A DNA stretch of 64,000 nucleotides from Bacillota bacterium (GCA_021769035.1 JAETTP010000002.1:7189-71188), one strand, 5' to 3'. Counted from the stretch's first letter, positions 1-8,723 are shown. Program-made: numbers and translations. Notes: generated by a model not told the origin, from the sequence alone.

Positions 1-858
1 AAATTTGAATACAAATGGCAGTGGGCCTACCGCGAACGTTTTGAGCAGGCCGGCGTCACCGCCCTTTTGGGCAGCGGCTTCGACCCCGGCGTGACCGGTG
101 TTTTTTCCGCCTACGCTTTGAAGCACCATTTTGACGAAATCAACTATATCGATATTCTGGACTGCAACGCCGGCGACCACGGCTACCCCTTTGCCACCAA
201 CTTCAACCCGGAAATTAATATCCGCGAGGTTTCCGCCAACGGCAGCTACTGGGAGGCCGGCCGCTGGGTAGAAACTGCGCCGATGGAAATAAAGCGGGTT
301 TACAACTTCCCGGAGGTGGGCGAGCGCGATATGTACCTGCTGCACCACGAGGAGCTGGAGTCGCTGGCTTTGAATATGCCCGGCATTAAACGGATTCGCT
401 TTTTTATGACATTCGGCCAAAGCTATTTAACCCACCTGAAATGCCTGGAAAACGTTGGTATGACCTCCATCAAGCCGATTGAATTTGAGGGCAAGCAGAT
501 TGTGCCTTTGCAATTTCTGAAAGCCGTGCTGCCGGACCCGGCCTCCCTCGGCCCGCGCACCAAAGGCAAAACCAACATCGGCTGCATTTTCACCGGCCAA
601 AAGGACGGCCAAACCAAGCACTATTACCTCTACAACGTCTGCGACCACCAGGAGTGTTACAAAGAGGTAGGCTCCCAGGCAGTGGCCTACACCACCGGCG
701 TGCCGGCGATGATTGGCGCAATGTTGGTTATGCAGGGCGTTTGGAGCAAACCCGGCGTGCATAACATTGAGGAGTTTGACCCGGACCCCTTTATGGACGC
801 GCTGAACCGTTGGGGCCTGCCCTGGCAGGAAAGCTTCAACCCGGAGCTGGTGGATTAA
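1..858 (+). CDS. carboxynorspermidine/saccharopine dehydrogenase family protein, C-terminal part (5' end outside window)
   Basis: Open frame runs from the window start to the stop at 856-858. The translated segment resembles the saccharopine-dehydrogenase C-terminal domain. It is immediately followed by nspC, the usual partner gene. Confidence 0.65.
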   Translation, partial: KFEYKWQWAYRERFEQAGVTALLGSGFDPGVTGVFSAYALKHHFDEINYIDILDCNAGDHGYPFATNFNPEINIREVSANGSYWEAGRWVETAPMEIKRVYNFPEVGERDMYLLHHEELESLALNMPGIKRIRFFMTFGQSYLTHLKCLENVGMTSIKPIEFEGKQIVPLQFLKAVLPDPASLGPRTKGKTNIGCIFTGQKDGQTKHYYLYNVCDHQECYKEVGSQAVAYTTGVPAMIGAMLVMQGVWSKPGVHNIEEFDPDPFMDALNRWGLPWQESFNPELVD

Positions 859-2019
859 ATGACGGGCGCATTGCTTAACCCAACCCGCCTGCTTGTGGCG
901 GGCTCGCTGCCCTCCCCCTGCTATATCATTGACGAGGCCAAGCTGGAGGCCAACCTGCGCCTGCTGGCCGGCGTGGGCCGGCGCACCGGCTGCCGCATTT
1001 TGCTGGCCCAAAAGGCCTACGCCTGCCCGGCCACTTATCCCCTGATTGGCCACTATTTGCAAGGAACCGCGGCCAGCGGCCTGTTTGAAGCCCGCCTGGG
1101 CAATGAGGAAATGGGCGGCGAGGTGCACGTTTTCGCCGCCGCCTACCGTGAAGATGAGTTTGCGGAGCTGCTGCAATATGCCGACCATATCATTTTCAAT
1201 TCCGGCAATCAGCTGCTGCAATTTGGGCCGCAGGCCAAAGCGGCCGGTAAAAGCTGCGGCCTGCGCGTCAACCCGGAATTTTCCACCCAAGCCCACGCTA
1301 TTTACGACCCCTGCGCTCCCAACTCCCGGCTGGGCGTGCGCCGGGCTGATTTTGACCCAGCCTGGCTGCCCCTGCTGGACGGCCTGCATATCCACACCCT
1401 CTGCGAGCAGAACAGCGACGCGCTGGTGCAGACGGTGGCCGCGCTGGAAGCCAAATTTGGCGAGTTTTTGCCCCAAATGCACTGGCTAAACCTGGGCGGC
1501 GGCCACCACATCACCCGGCCGGATTATGACATTGCCGCGCTGGAGCTCTGCCTGCTGCGCTTAAACCAGCAATATGATGTGCAGCTCTATCTGGAGCCCG
1601 GCGAGGCGGTGGCCTTAAACTGCGGCTTTTTGCAAACCACTGTGTTGGACGTGCTGGCTCCCGCCGACGGCCTGCAAATTGCTATTTTGGATACCTCCGC
1701 CGCCTGCCACATGCCGGACGTGTTGGAAATGCCCTATCGGCCACCGCTGCAAAATGCGGCTGAGCCGGGCGTGCTGCCCCACACCTATCGCCTGGGCGGC
1801 CCCACCTGTCTGGCCGGCGATGTAATTGGCGACTACTCCTTTGCTCAGCCTTTGCGCCCCGGCGATAAGCTAACATTTGAGGATATGGCGATTTACACAA
1901 TGGTTAAGAACAACACTTTCAACGGACTGCCACTGCCGGCCATTGTGCTGCGCAACGCCGCCGGAGAGTATCGCCTGCACAAAAGCTTTGGCTATGCAGA
2001 TTTTAAGGAAAGATTGTAA
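859..2019 (+). CDS. nspC: carboxynorspermidine decarboxylase
   Basis: 386-aa ORF resembling a PLP-dependent Orn/DAP decarboxylase fold. Its start ATG abuts the stop of the upstream dehydrogenase gene at 858/859, the classic CANSDH-CANSDC pair. Confidence 0.75.
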   Translation: MTGALLNPTRLLVAGSLPSPCYIIDEAKLEANLRLLAGVGRRTGCRILLAQKAYACPATYPLIGHYLQGTAASGLFEARLGNEEMGGEVHVFAAAYREDEFAELLQYADHIIFNSGNQLLQFGPQAKAAGKSCGLRVNPEFSTQAHAIYDPCAPNSRLGVRRADFDPAWLPLLDGLHIHTLCEQNSDALVQTVAALEAKFGEFLPQMHWLNLGGGHHITRPDYDIAALELCLLRLNQQYDVQLYLEPGEAVALNCGFLQTTVLDVLAPADGLQIAILDTSAACHMPDVLEMPYRPPLQNAAEPGVLPHTYRLGGPTCLAGDVIGDYSFAQPLRPGDKLTFEDMAIYTMVKNNTFNGLPLPAIVLRNAAGEYRLHKSFGYADFKERL

Positions 2020-2038
2020 TTTTTTGGAGGTCAATGCT

Positions 2039-2371
2039 ATGCAAACAATTATCGTGCTTTTAAATCCGGGCAAACTGCAAAACCCTGATTTGGATTTGCG
2101 TTATTTAGTGCCGGAGCGTATTGAAAAAGCCTCCGGTTCATTAATTCAGGATAACGGTTACGATTATATAGACGCCGAGGAGGGCCAGCCTGGGCCGCTG
2201 ATGGGCATTTGGCTGGAAACAGAAAACGCGGCGCAAAATTGGCCGCTTATTGCCGAGCTGTTTCAAAACGAACAGTTTAAGGAGAACGATTTGTCCGCCT
2301 CCGCGCAAATTTATATTTCCGAAAATGATAGCGACGATTTGGAGAATTGCACTTTGGTTTTTCCGCAGTGA
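2039..2371 (+). CDS. hypothetical protein
   Basis: GGAGG RBS at 2025-2029 followed by ATG 2039 (MQTIIVLL...). Acidic 110-aa product with no recognisable family. Confidence 0.45.
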   Translation: MQTIIVLLNPGKLQNPDLDLRYLVPERIEKASGSLIQDNGYDYIDAEEGQPGPLMGIWLETENAAQNWPLIAELFQNEQFKENDLSASAQIYISENDSDDLENCTLVFPQ

Positions 2372-2382
2372 AATAAAAAGAT

Positions 2383-2402
2383 TGTCAGCGCCACTTGATA
2401 AC
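2383..2402. promoter_or_regulatory. palindromic operator-like site, copy 1 (TTGTCAGCGCCACTTGATAA)
   Basis: Inverted half-sites TTGTCA-N8-TGATAA. It is part of a 24-nt direct repeat shared with the second copy 90 bp downstream. Confidence 0.4.
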
Positions 2403-2480
2403 GTGAAACTCAGCGACTTGCGCAGCAAGAGCTGTAGTTGAACCAATCAAGTGGCTGTACTTCAAAACAGATTAAAAAGA

Positions 2481-2500
2481 TTGTCAGCGCCACTTGACAA
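2481..2500. promoter_or_regulatory. palindromic operator-like site, copy 2 (TTGTCAGCGCCACTTGACAA), overlapping the -35 element
   Basis: Perfect inverted repeat TTGTCA-N8-TGACAA. The right half-site is the -35 hexamer of the promoter at 2494-2522. Confidence 0.45.
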
Positions 2501-2522
2501 AGCAGCGCTGACGTTGTAAAAT
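2494..2522 (+). promoter_or_regulatory. sigma-70-like promoter (TTGACA-17 nt-TAAAAT)
   Basis: -35 TTGACA at 2494-2499, 17-nt spacer, -10 TAAAAT at 2517-2522. Confidence 0.55.
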
Positions 2523-2528
2523 GTAGTT

Positions 2529-2851
2529 AGGTAAAGCCGTAATGACGGCGGTTCGCCTTTTACTTTTCAAAAAATTTAACTTTTTGAACCGCTACTTGGC
2601 AGAGTGGCGGTTCTTTTTATGCGTGCGTTTAACGACTATCGTAATTGTAAAAACTCCGATATGGAATGTTATCCGTATAGGCATAGCATCACCTCCTTTC
2701 AGGAGGATTAGCAAACCGCCAGCCATCATAGGCTTTTCCTGCCGCCCACGTCCACTCTGTGGGCAACTACTAATATTTTAATACATTTGGCATCTCTTGT
2801 CAACACGGAAACCACCCTGTGCGCCAAACACAGAGGGGGTTTATTTTTTTA
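2529..2851 (+). ncRNA. candidate structured non-coding RNA (~320 nt), family unknown
   Basis: The interval between a consensus promoter and an intrinsic terminator lacks a credible ORF. It contains many local hairpins, for example TTCAAAAAA/TTTTTTGAA, AACCGC..GCGGTT and CCTCCTTTCAGGAGG. Confidence 0.4.
2813..2851 (+). terminator. intrinsic terminator
   Basis: Hairpin CCCTGTG/CACAGAGGG followed by TTTATTTTTTT. Confidence 0.6.
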
Positions 2852-2881
2852 TTCATCAGCAAACAAATTTTCCAAAATCTA

Positions 2882-2910
2882 TTGACTTTTTGCGGACGCA
2901 ATATTATAAT
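2882..2910 (+). promoter_or_regulatory. sigma-70-like promoter (TTGACT-17 nt-TATAAT)
   Basis: -35 TTGACT at 2882-2887, 17-nt spacer, -10 TATAAT at 2905-2910. Confidence 0.55.
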
Positions 2911-2939
2911 ATTAGCGGACGCAGAAAGTGAGGTGAACA

Positions 2940-3107
2940 ATGTCCCCAAAAACCGGACGTCCGCCAAAAGCAAATCCCCGAAATGCCAGTATCCACATAA
3001 GGGCTACTCAGGAGGAAAAAGAAAAAATTATGCAATACAGCCAAGAAAGTAAAAAAACTTGTCTTGAATTATTGCTTATTGGTATTGAGGCGGACAAACA
3101 AAAATAA
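2940..3107 (+). CDS. small ribbon-helix-helix (CopG/MobC-like) protein, 55 aa
   Basis: ATG 2940 follows a GTGAGGTG RBS-like purine run. The product MSPKTGRPPKANPRNASIHIRATQEEKEKI... has the GRPPK..R..I.IR.T.EE motif typical of RHH DNA-binding proteins. It is not in the ORF track. Confidence 0.4.
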   Translation: MSPKTGRPPKANPRNASIHIRATQEEKEKIMQYSQESKKTCLELLLIGIEADKQK

Positions 3108-3226
3108 CAGTATTGCACCACCGTATCAAAGCAACACAATACTGTTATTACCCAAACCTTTAGAGGTTGGTAAATCTATTATACCAACTTCTAAAGGTTA
3201 TTTCAAGACTTTAGGAGGTTTTTTAA

Positions 3227-3553
3227 ATGATAGTTAATCCCCAAATTTATATTGATGTAGCGGAACGTCTTTTGCAAACTGAGGTTTTGACTAATATGGA
3301 AGCGCAAAACCCAGCAATCAAATACACCTGTAAACAGTTATATGATTTTCTGGAGAAATTTAGAGGTCAATTATCTAACGAAGTGCTGGAAGAGATTACG
3401 GATTACATTGGTGACTATATTTCCGCCACCGCTGATTGCGCCATTTTATATGGCATTCAGGCAGGCGTTGCCTTAAATGAAATTATTGATAATCCAAACT
3501 TATATTCACAATATATGCTTGACAATTTTATACAAGCAGATAACGAGGCTTAA
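3227..3553 (+). CDS. hypothetical protein
   Basis: GGAGG RBS then ATG 3227. AT-rich 108-aa ORF with a terminator hairpin downstream. Confidence 0.55.
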   Translation: MIVNPQIYIDVAERLLQTEVLTNMEAQNPAIKYTCKQLYDFLEKFRGQLSNEVLEEITDYIGDYISATADCAILYGIQAGVALNEIIDNPNLYSQYMLDNFIQADNEA

Positions 3554-3568
3554 ATTATCAACACAATT

Positions 3569-3618
3569 ACAGTAACCCCCAACGCCCAAGCTATGCTTAG
3601 ACGTTGGGGGTTATTTTA
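3569..3618. terminator. hairpin/terminator module copy 1 (CCCCCAACGCC..GGCGTTGGGGG + T-run)
   Basis: GC-rich 11-bp stem followed by TTATTTT. Near-identical copy at 5403-5452. Confidence 0.6.
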
Positions 3619-4926
3619 TCTGCGACCAGCGCCCAAAATGCCAGAAGATATGGAACTTCCAGCAAAACCGGAGCTAGAACGCTCCAACAAATCGACAATC
3701 GTGCTGGCGGTCGTTCCGGCTGAATCCCGAACCGTAATTTTCATTTCACAACTACCAACGCCGGAAACCCTGGTTCTAATAGCATTTTCGGATCCCCAAC
3801 CGTCGCTGCTGCTGGTAACTTCACCATTTTGCATTAATTAAAACAAATATTCATAACCACCACTGCCACCAGATGCAGCAACTGAAAGGCTAAATTCCAA
3901 AGAATAACTATTTCCTACAATAGAAGCAGCCTTTGATAAACCTGCAACATCTACACGTAAATCACGATTAGCAGAGCTATTATTATCGTTATTATCTTCC
4001 CGGTCGTCTTCGTCATCATAATCATAAACCGGCCTAGATGAAGCGGAACCCTTTTCCAGCAAATCCACAACAGTGCGCACTTTATCGCCATTATCATCCC
4101 GCACCGTCACCCTAACTTCACAATTCCCACTGCCAGACAAACTGCTGCTAATACTATTTTTGTTAGTCCAGCCAGTGTCCTCCACAACCTTGTTGTTCTT
4201 CAACAATTCAAAGCGGTATTGATAATCGCCACTGCCGCCAGCCGCAAAAGCTGACAAACTGAACCGAATATTGTAAACTCTTCCGCTAATGGAAGCGCTT
4301 TTTGATAATGATGTTTTCACATTCAAATCATCATCGTAATTATCAGCATAATCATCATCGTTATAATACGACTCGTCAGCCCTACGGTCATTTCCTGACA
4401 TATTATGTAAATTATACAAAAGCACCATCACCTGACCACGGCTACAAATATGATTGGCTGAAAAAGTGCTAATACCCGTACTCTTGTTCAAACCATTTTC
4501 CACCGCCCAAGTTAAAGCGTCCGGCGATGGACGACCAGCAGTCAACCAAAGAGAGGTTAAAACCATACCCAAGTTACACTCAGCGTTTGGGTTAAATGTG
4601 TAACCAGATACCATTCCTTGCTGATAGCCCCAAAGCGCACACTTGTAATAAACACTGTTTATAGTATTGTTGAAAGGATTAGCAATGCCTGGCTCCGGCG
4701 CGCCGTTCATTCGCCACAAAAACAACAAAAATTGTCCTTGCGTACAAGGCTTATTAGGCTCAAAGATACCGTCGCCAGTTCCGTTAGTAATGCCATTTTC
4801 CGTAGCCCAAACCACCGCCTCAAAACAATATGAACCTGGCCAAACGTCCGTAAAATTAAACGCCACGGCTTTATCGCAAAAGACAAAGCAAAAAATTAAG
4901 GCCAAAGTAAATAGTTTGGGTTTCAT
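3616..4926 (-). pseudogene. SLH-domain repeat cell-surface protein interrupted by an in-frame TAA (3838-3840)
   Basis: Signal peptide MKPKLFTLALIFCFVF and two N-terminal SLH-like segments, then repeated ~90-aa modules (GGSGDYQYRF...CEVRVTVRDDNGDKVRTVVDLLEK). The 3616-3834 ORF is in the same frame and completes the second module (CEMKITVRDSAGTTASTIVDLLER). Confidence 0.55.
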
Positions 4927-5061
4927 TTTCAGATTATACCTCCCTAAATCCATCAAAATAAATAGCATTACACTTATTATTATAGGTGTAATACTGTGTG
5001 TTTGTCAAGCATTATTTTGAGTAAACTAAGTGTATAGCCGATATTAACGGAGGAACTTGCG

Positions 5062-5400
5062 ATGCGGCAAAAAAAAGAACTCAATATTCAAATAGGAAAA
5101 CAAATCAGAATTGCTAGAGAAAAACTGGGTTTAACTCAAGAGGAATTTGCTGAAGCTATTGATAAAACTCCCCAATTTATTTCTGATTTAGAACGTGGCG
5201 TTTATGGCATTTCCATAGAAACTCTAAAAACAATTTGTGAAACACTGTATATTTCCAGTGATAGCATAATTTTTGACCAATTAAATAAACCTGTTAATCA
5301 AATTGAACAGATAAATCAGCTCCTAAATTATATGACACCTGAACAGCTTCGCATAATGGAAGCCATAACCAACGCCTTTTTGCAGGCCTCAAACAAATAG
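5062..5400 (+). CDS. XRE-family HTH transcriptional regulator
   Basis: Cro/C1-type HTH motif (LTQEEFAEAIDKTPQFISDLERG). AT-rich. Confidence 0.7.
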   Translation: MRQKKELNIQIGKQIRIAREKLGLTQEEFAEAIDKTPQFISDLERGVYGISIETLKTICETLYISSDSIIFDQLNKPVNQIEQINQLLNYMTPEQLRIMEAITNAFLQASNK

Positions 5401-5402
5401 AT

Positions 5403-5452
5403 ACAGTAAACCCCCAACGCCCAAGCTATGCTTAGGCGTTGGGGGTTAATAA
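5403..5452. terminator. hairpin/terminator module copy 2
   Basis: Same ~45-bp sequence as 3569-3612, with one substitution in the loop. Confidence 0.55.
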
Positions 5453-5463
5453 ATTCAACTAAC

Positions 5464-5823
5464 TTACTGAAGCATTTCCGCTTTGCGGGCCAAAATGGCC
5501 GCGCCGGCCGTGCAGGCCGGGCAATCGCAATAAACCGCGCCGGACTTTTGCAGCTCCACAGAGTGCTCATGCATTTGTTTGGCCTTTTCCGCACCAAAAA
5601 GCTTAATCCCAGCCTCAGAGGCCGTAAAAGCCACGCAGGCTTCCACCGGCAGAACGTCCGCCTCCAGCTCCGCCAAAAATTTTTCCGTTTCCGCCTGCTC
5701 CGCCGCTGTGCCCAAAGCCGCCAGCCAACTTTCCGCCGCCGCTTTGGCCTCCGCTGAGCAGGAAAAAGCGTTCATCATCTCCTTAGCCTTTTCAACCGCA
5801 AAATCTTTAACTTCCTGTTTCAT
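5464..5823 (-). CDS. hypothetical protein with C-terminal CDCPAC motif
   Basis: GGAGGAA RBS then ATG at 5823 (MKQEVKD...). Ala/Glu-rich helical protein ending ...VYCDCPACTAGAA. Confidence 0.45.
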   Translation of the reverse strand: MKQEVKDFAVEKAKEMMNAFSCSAEAKAAAESWLAALGTAAEQAETEKFLAELEADVLPVEACVAFTASEAGIKLFGAEKAKQMHEHSVELQKSGAVYCDCPACTAGAAILARKAEMLQ

Positions 5824-5846
5824 CAAAAATTCCTCCAATCACATTT

Positions 5847-6614
5847 TCATTTTTTATCTATCTGCCTAGTATATCGACATTTAGGATAACCAGAACAAAC
5901 CATAAAACTACCATATTTCCCCTGTCTTTCAAGCAATTCTTTACCACAAACAGGACAAACATCACCAAACATTCTTTCATTAACCTGTTCAATATGTTTT
6001 TCTTTCTGTTCCATATCAAGATTAGACCATTCAATCAATTTGTTTTTTATTTCTAAAATTTGTTCCGGTGAAAAAACTTCTGACCGATCAGCAAACTGCT
6101 TCTGCAACATATTATACAAATCATTTCGATTGCAAATAGCAAAATCATCACCTTTTACAGTCGAAAGTCCAGATAAATCAGCCCTATTCTCAAAAACGAT
6201 TATTGAAAAAATGTATTCCAATGGAATGTTTAACGCATCTGCAAGTTTTTGACAATGATTTGCATTCTGCTTAATTGGATTATAAAAGACGCTTTTTTTA
6301 CCGCCAAGATATTGCGTCCACTTCATATTTTCAGGCCTGCCGTATATTTTACCGCCATAAGCCTTGCTTTCAAAAATATAAATTCCTTTCTTGCCAAGCA
6401 AAACAACATCTAATTCAGTTGTTCCATTTGAAGTTGGTACATAAACATTTTGAAATATGTCACCGTTCTCTGTCCAGTTTTGTAAAAGAACAGCAATACA
6501 TTTTTCTCCCCATTCACCCTCTGTGCCACCAGACAAGTCATGTTTAAATCGAGCCAACAGCCCAGGCTCATCACCTAACAGCATTCGTAAAATAGAAGCT
6601 CTCTCTTTGGGCAT
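5847..6614 (-). CDS. NERD-domain nuclease-related protein with C-terminal topoisomerase-type C4 zinc ribbon
   Basis: NERD-like N-terminal region plus [29 protein letters not shown] at the C-terminus. AT-rich. Confidence 0.65.
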   Translation of the reverse strand: MPKERASILRMLLGDEPGLLARFKHDLSGGTEGEWGEKCIAVLLQNWTENGDIFQNVYVPTSNGTTELDVVLLGKKGIYIFESKAYGGKIYGRPENMKWTQYLGGKKSVFYNPIKQNANHCQKLADALNIPLEYIFSIIVFENRADLSGLSTVKGDDFAICNRNDLYNMLQKQFADRSEVFSPEQILEIKNKLIEWSNLDMEQKEKHIEQVNERMFGDVCPVCGKELLERQGKYGSFMVCSGYPKCRYTRQIDKK

Positions 6615-6696
6615 AGCTTAAACCACCTCTTAACAATCTTATCACAATCTAAGAGTTATTTAATAACCCAGAAAAACCATACCTTTAAAATTATCA

Positions 6697-6939
6697 TTAG
6701 CGCACTTCCTCCACCAGCTTTAGAACCTCGTCCTCATTATGAACTCCCACAGCCTCCGCCGCACCCCTAAAAGCAGTGTGCGCCTTGCAGATAGCCTGGG
6801 CGGAAACATTGCTTAAAACAATTTCGCCATTTTGATTTTGCACAAAAAGCAGCTTATCGCCCGATTTCACACCCAGCAAACGGCGGATTTCCAACGGCAG
6901 AGTAACCTGGCCGTTTTCGGAAACTCTGGCTAAATTCAT
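6697..6939 (-). CDS. AbrB/MazE/SpoVT-family DNA-binding protein
   Basis: Swapped-hairpin motif GQVTLPLEIRRLLGVKSGDKLLF. AAGGGTGA RBS before ATG 6939. Confidence 0.55.
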   Translation of the reverse strand: MNLARVSENGQVTLPLEIRRLLGVKSGDKLLFVQNQNGEIVLSNVSAQAICKAHTAFRGAAEAVGVHNEDEVLKLVEEVR

Positions 6940-6971
6940 AACTATCACCCTTTCATTTTCATTTATCATAT

Positions 6972-8651
6972 TCACCGCAGCTTCCGCCCCGCCTCAATCA
7001 GCTCCTCCGCCTGGCGTTTGGTGGTGGCCGTCACCTTGTCGCCGGCCAACATTCGGCTGATCTCCTGCACCTTGGCCTCGCCGGCCAGCTCCTGCACGCC
7101 CGTCACCGTGCGGCCGTCCTGCTCGCGCTTCTCCACCAGCAGATTATTGTCCGCGTAGGCCGCCAGCACCGGCGCGTGCGTCACGCAAATGGCCTGCGTT
7201 TCCTGCGCCACCTGCACCAGCTTTTCCGCCACGCTGCCCAGGGCCCGGCCGCCCAAACCGGTGTCAATCTCATCAAAAATCAGGGTGGGCACCTCGTCAA
7301 GACTAGCCAAAATCACCTTAATTGCCAACATAATACGCGACATTTCGCCGCCGGAGGCAATCCGGGCCACCGGCTTCAACTCCTCGCCAGGGTTGGGGCT
7401 AATCATAAACTGCACCTCGTCGCAACCGTCCGCCGCCGGGGCCTTGGTCGGCAAGGCCACCGCAAATTTGGCTTTGGTCATCTGCAAATATTTCAGCTCA
7501 GCGCCAATCCGGGCCGCCAACTCCTGGCCGGCCGCCTCGCGCAGACTGTGCATCTGACCGGCCGCCTGCTGATAGTCAGCCGCCAGCTTGGCCTCGCGGC
7601 TGGCTAAATCCGCCAGATACTCCTCCCGATTCTCCCGCCGCTCCAGCTCCTGCTGATTAGCCGCCAAAATTTGCAGCAAACGGGCTTCGTCGGCATTATA
7701 TTTTTTACAAAGCGCTTTCAGAGCAAACTGCCTGGCGTTAATCTCCTCCAGACGCGCCGGGTCGTCCACAATATTCTCCCGATAATCGCGCAGCTCCAGC
7801 GCGGCGTCCTCCAACTCGTAGTACAGGCTTTGCATACGCTCCTGCAAAGGAGCCACCGCCTCGTCAAAGCGTTGCAGCTCCTCCAGCTCCCGCACCACGC
7901 CGTCCAAAGCCGCCAGCACCGCGCCATTGCCGGCGTAAAGCGCACTGTAGGCCCGGTTAGCACGCTCACTGCGCCGCTGCACGCTTTCCAGCCCGGCCGC
8001 CTCCTTGGCCAGCTCCTCCGCCTCGCCGGGGCGCAGCTTGGCCGCCGTCAGCTCCTCAATCTGAAACTGCAAAAAACGCCGCCGCTCCGCGTCATCAGCG
8101 TCCTCCTGCTGGGCCTGGGCCAGCTCCCGCGCCGTCTGCTGCCAAGCCTGATAAGCTGCCGCCACCTGCCGCCGCTGCTCGGCCACCGCCTCGCCGCCAA
8201 AGCTATCCAGCAAATGCAGCTGTTTATCCGGCTCCAGCAGGCTCACGTGCTCGCTCTGGCCGTGAATATTAATCAACAGCCGCCCCACGGATTTCAGCGC
8301 CGTCAGCGGCACCGGCTGCATATTAATCCGGCAGGAAGAACGCCCGGCCGCCTGCACCTCCCGGCTGAGAATCAGATCCTCCTCCGGGTCAATCTCCAGG
8401 CCCAGCTCGGCCAACGTTTGCTGCAAGCCGGCAGAAAAGGGCGGCGCAAACACGCCCTGCACCCGCAGCTTGTCCGCGCCCCAACGCACCTGCTCGCGCC
8501 CGGCCCGGCTGCCCAGCAGCAGAGAAACCGCGTCTAACAGCATTGATTTGCCCGCACCAGTTTCGCCAGAAAGCACATTAAGCCCCGGCTGCCACAGCAG
8601 CACAGCCTTTTCAATCAAAGCCAAATTTTCAATATAAAGCTCCGCAAACAT
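6972..8651 (-). CDS. recN: DNA repair protein RecN
   Basis: 559 aa with Walker A GETGAGKS near the N-terminus, long coiled-coil middle and an SMC-like C-terminus. Confidence 0.9.
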   Translation of the reverse strand: MFAELYIENLALIEKAVLLWQPGLNVLSGETGAGKSMLLDAVSLLLGSRAGREQVRWGADKLRVQGVFAPPFSAGLQQTLAELGLEIDPEEDLILSREVQAAGRSSCRINMQPVPLTALKSVGRLLINIHGQSEHVSLLEPDKQLHLLDSFGGEAVAEQRRQVAAAYQAWQQTARELAQAQQEDADDAERRRFLQFQIEELTAAKLRPGEAEELAKEAAGLESVQRRSERANRAYSALYAGNGAVLAALDGVVRELEELQRFDEAVAPLQERMQSLYYELEDAALELRDYRENIVDDPARLEEINARQFALKALCKKYNADEARLLQILAANQQELERRENREEYLADLASREAKLAADYQQAAGQMHSLREAAGQELAARIGAELKYLQMTKAKFAVALPTKAPAADGCDEVQFMISPNPGEELKPVARIASGGEMSRIMLAIKVILASLDEVPTLIFDEIDTGLGGRALGSVAEKLVQVAQETQAICVTHAPVLAAYADNNLLVEKREQDGRTVTGVQELAGEAKVQEISRMLAGDKVTATTKRQAEELIEAGRKLR

Positions 8652-8723
8652 TTTATTTTACCTCAATTTTATCTTACCTCAATTTCCCCGCCCTTTAATC
8701 TTCGACCCAGCTGCCGGCCGCGC

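Noticed and set aside
427-1482. 351-aa minus-strand ORF antisense to the dehydrogenase/nspC genes
   Set aside because: Typical long antisense ORF of high-GC coding DNA. It has no RBS, a low-complexity Ala/Gly/Arg-rich product, and fully overlaps two well-supported genes.
2690-2712. 16S rRNA 3' end-like sequence CACCTCCTTTC suggesting an rRNA gene
   Set aside because: Only a 12-nt match embedded in AT-rich non-ribosomal sequence. No other rRNA hallmarks. Treated as part of the ncRNA candidate.
3593-3841. ORFs beginning MLRRWGL at 3593 and 5428
   Set aside because: Both start inside the duplicated terminator hairpin (ATGCTTAG(A/G)CGTTGGGGG). They are side-effects of the repeat, not genes.
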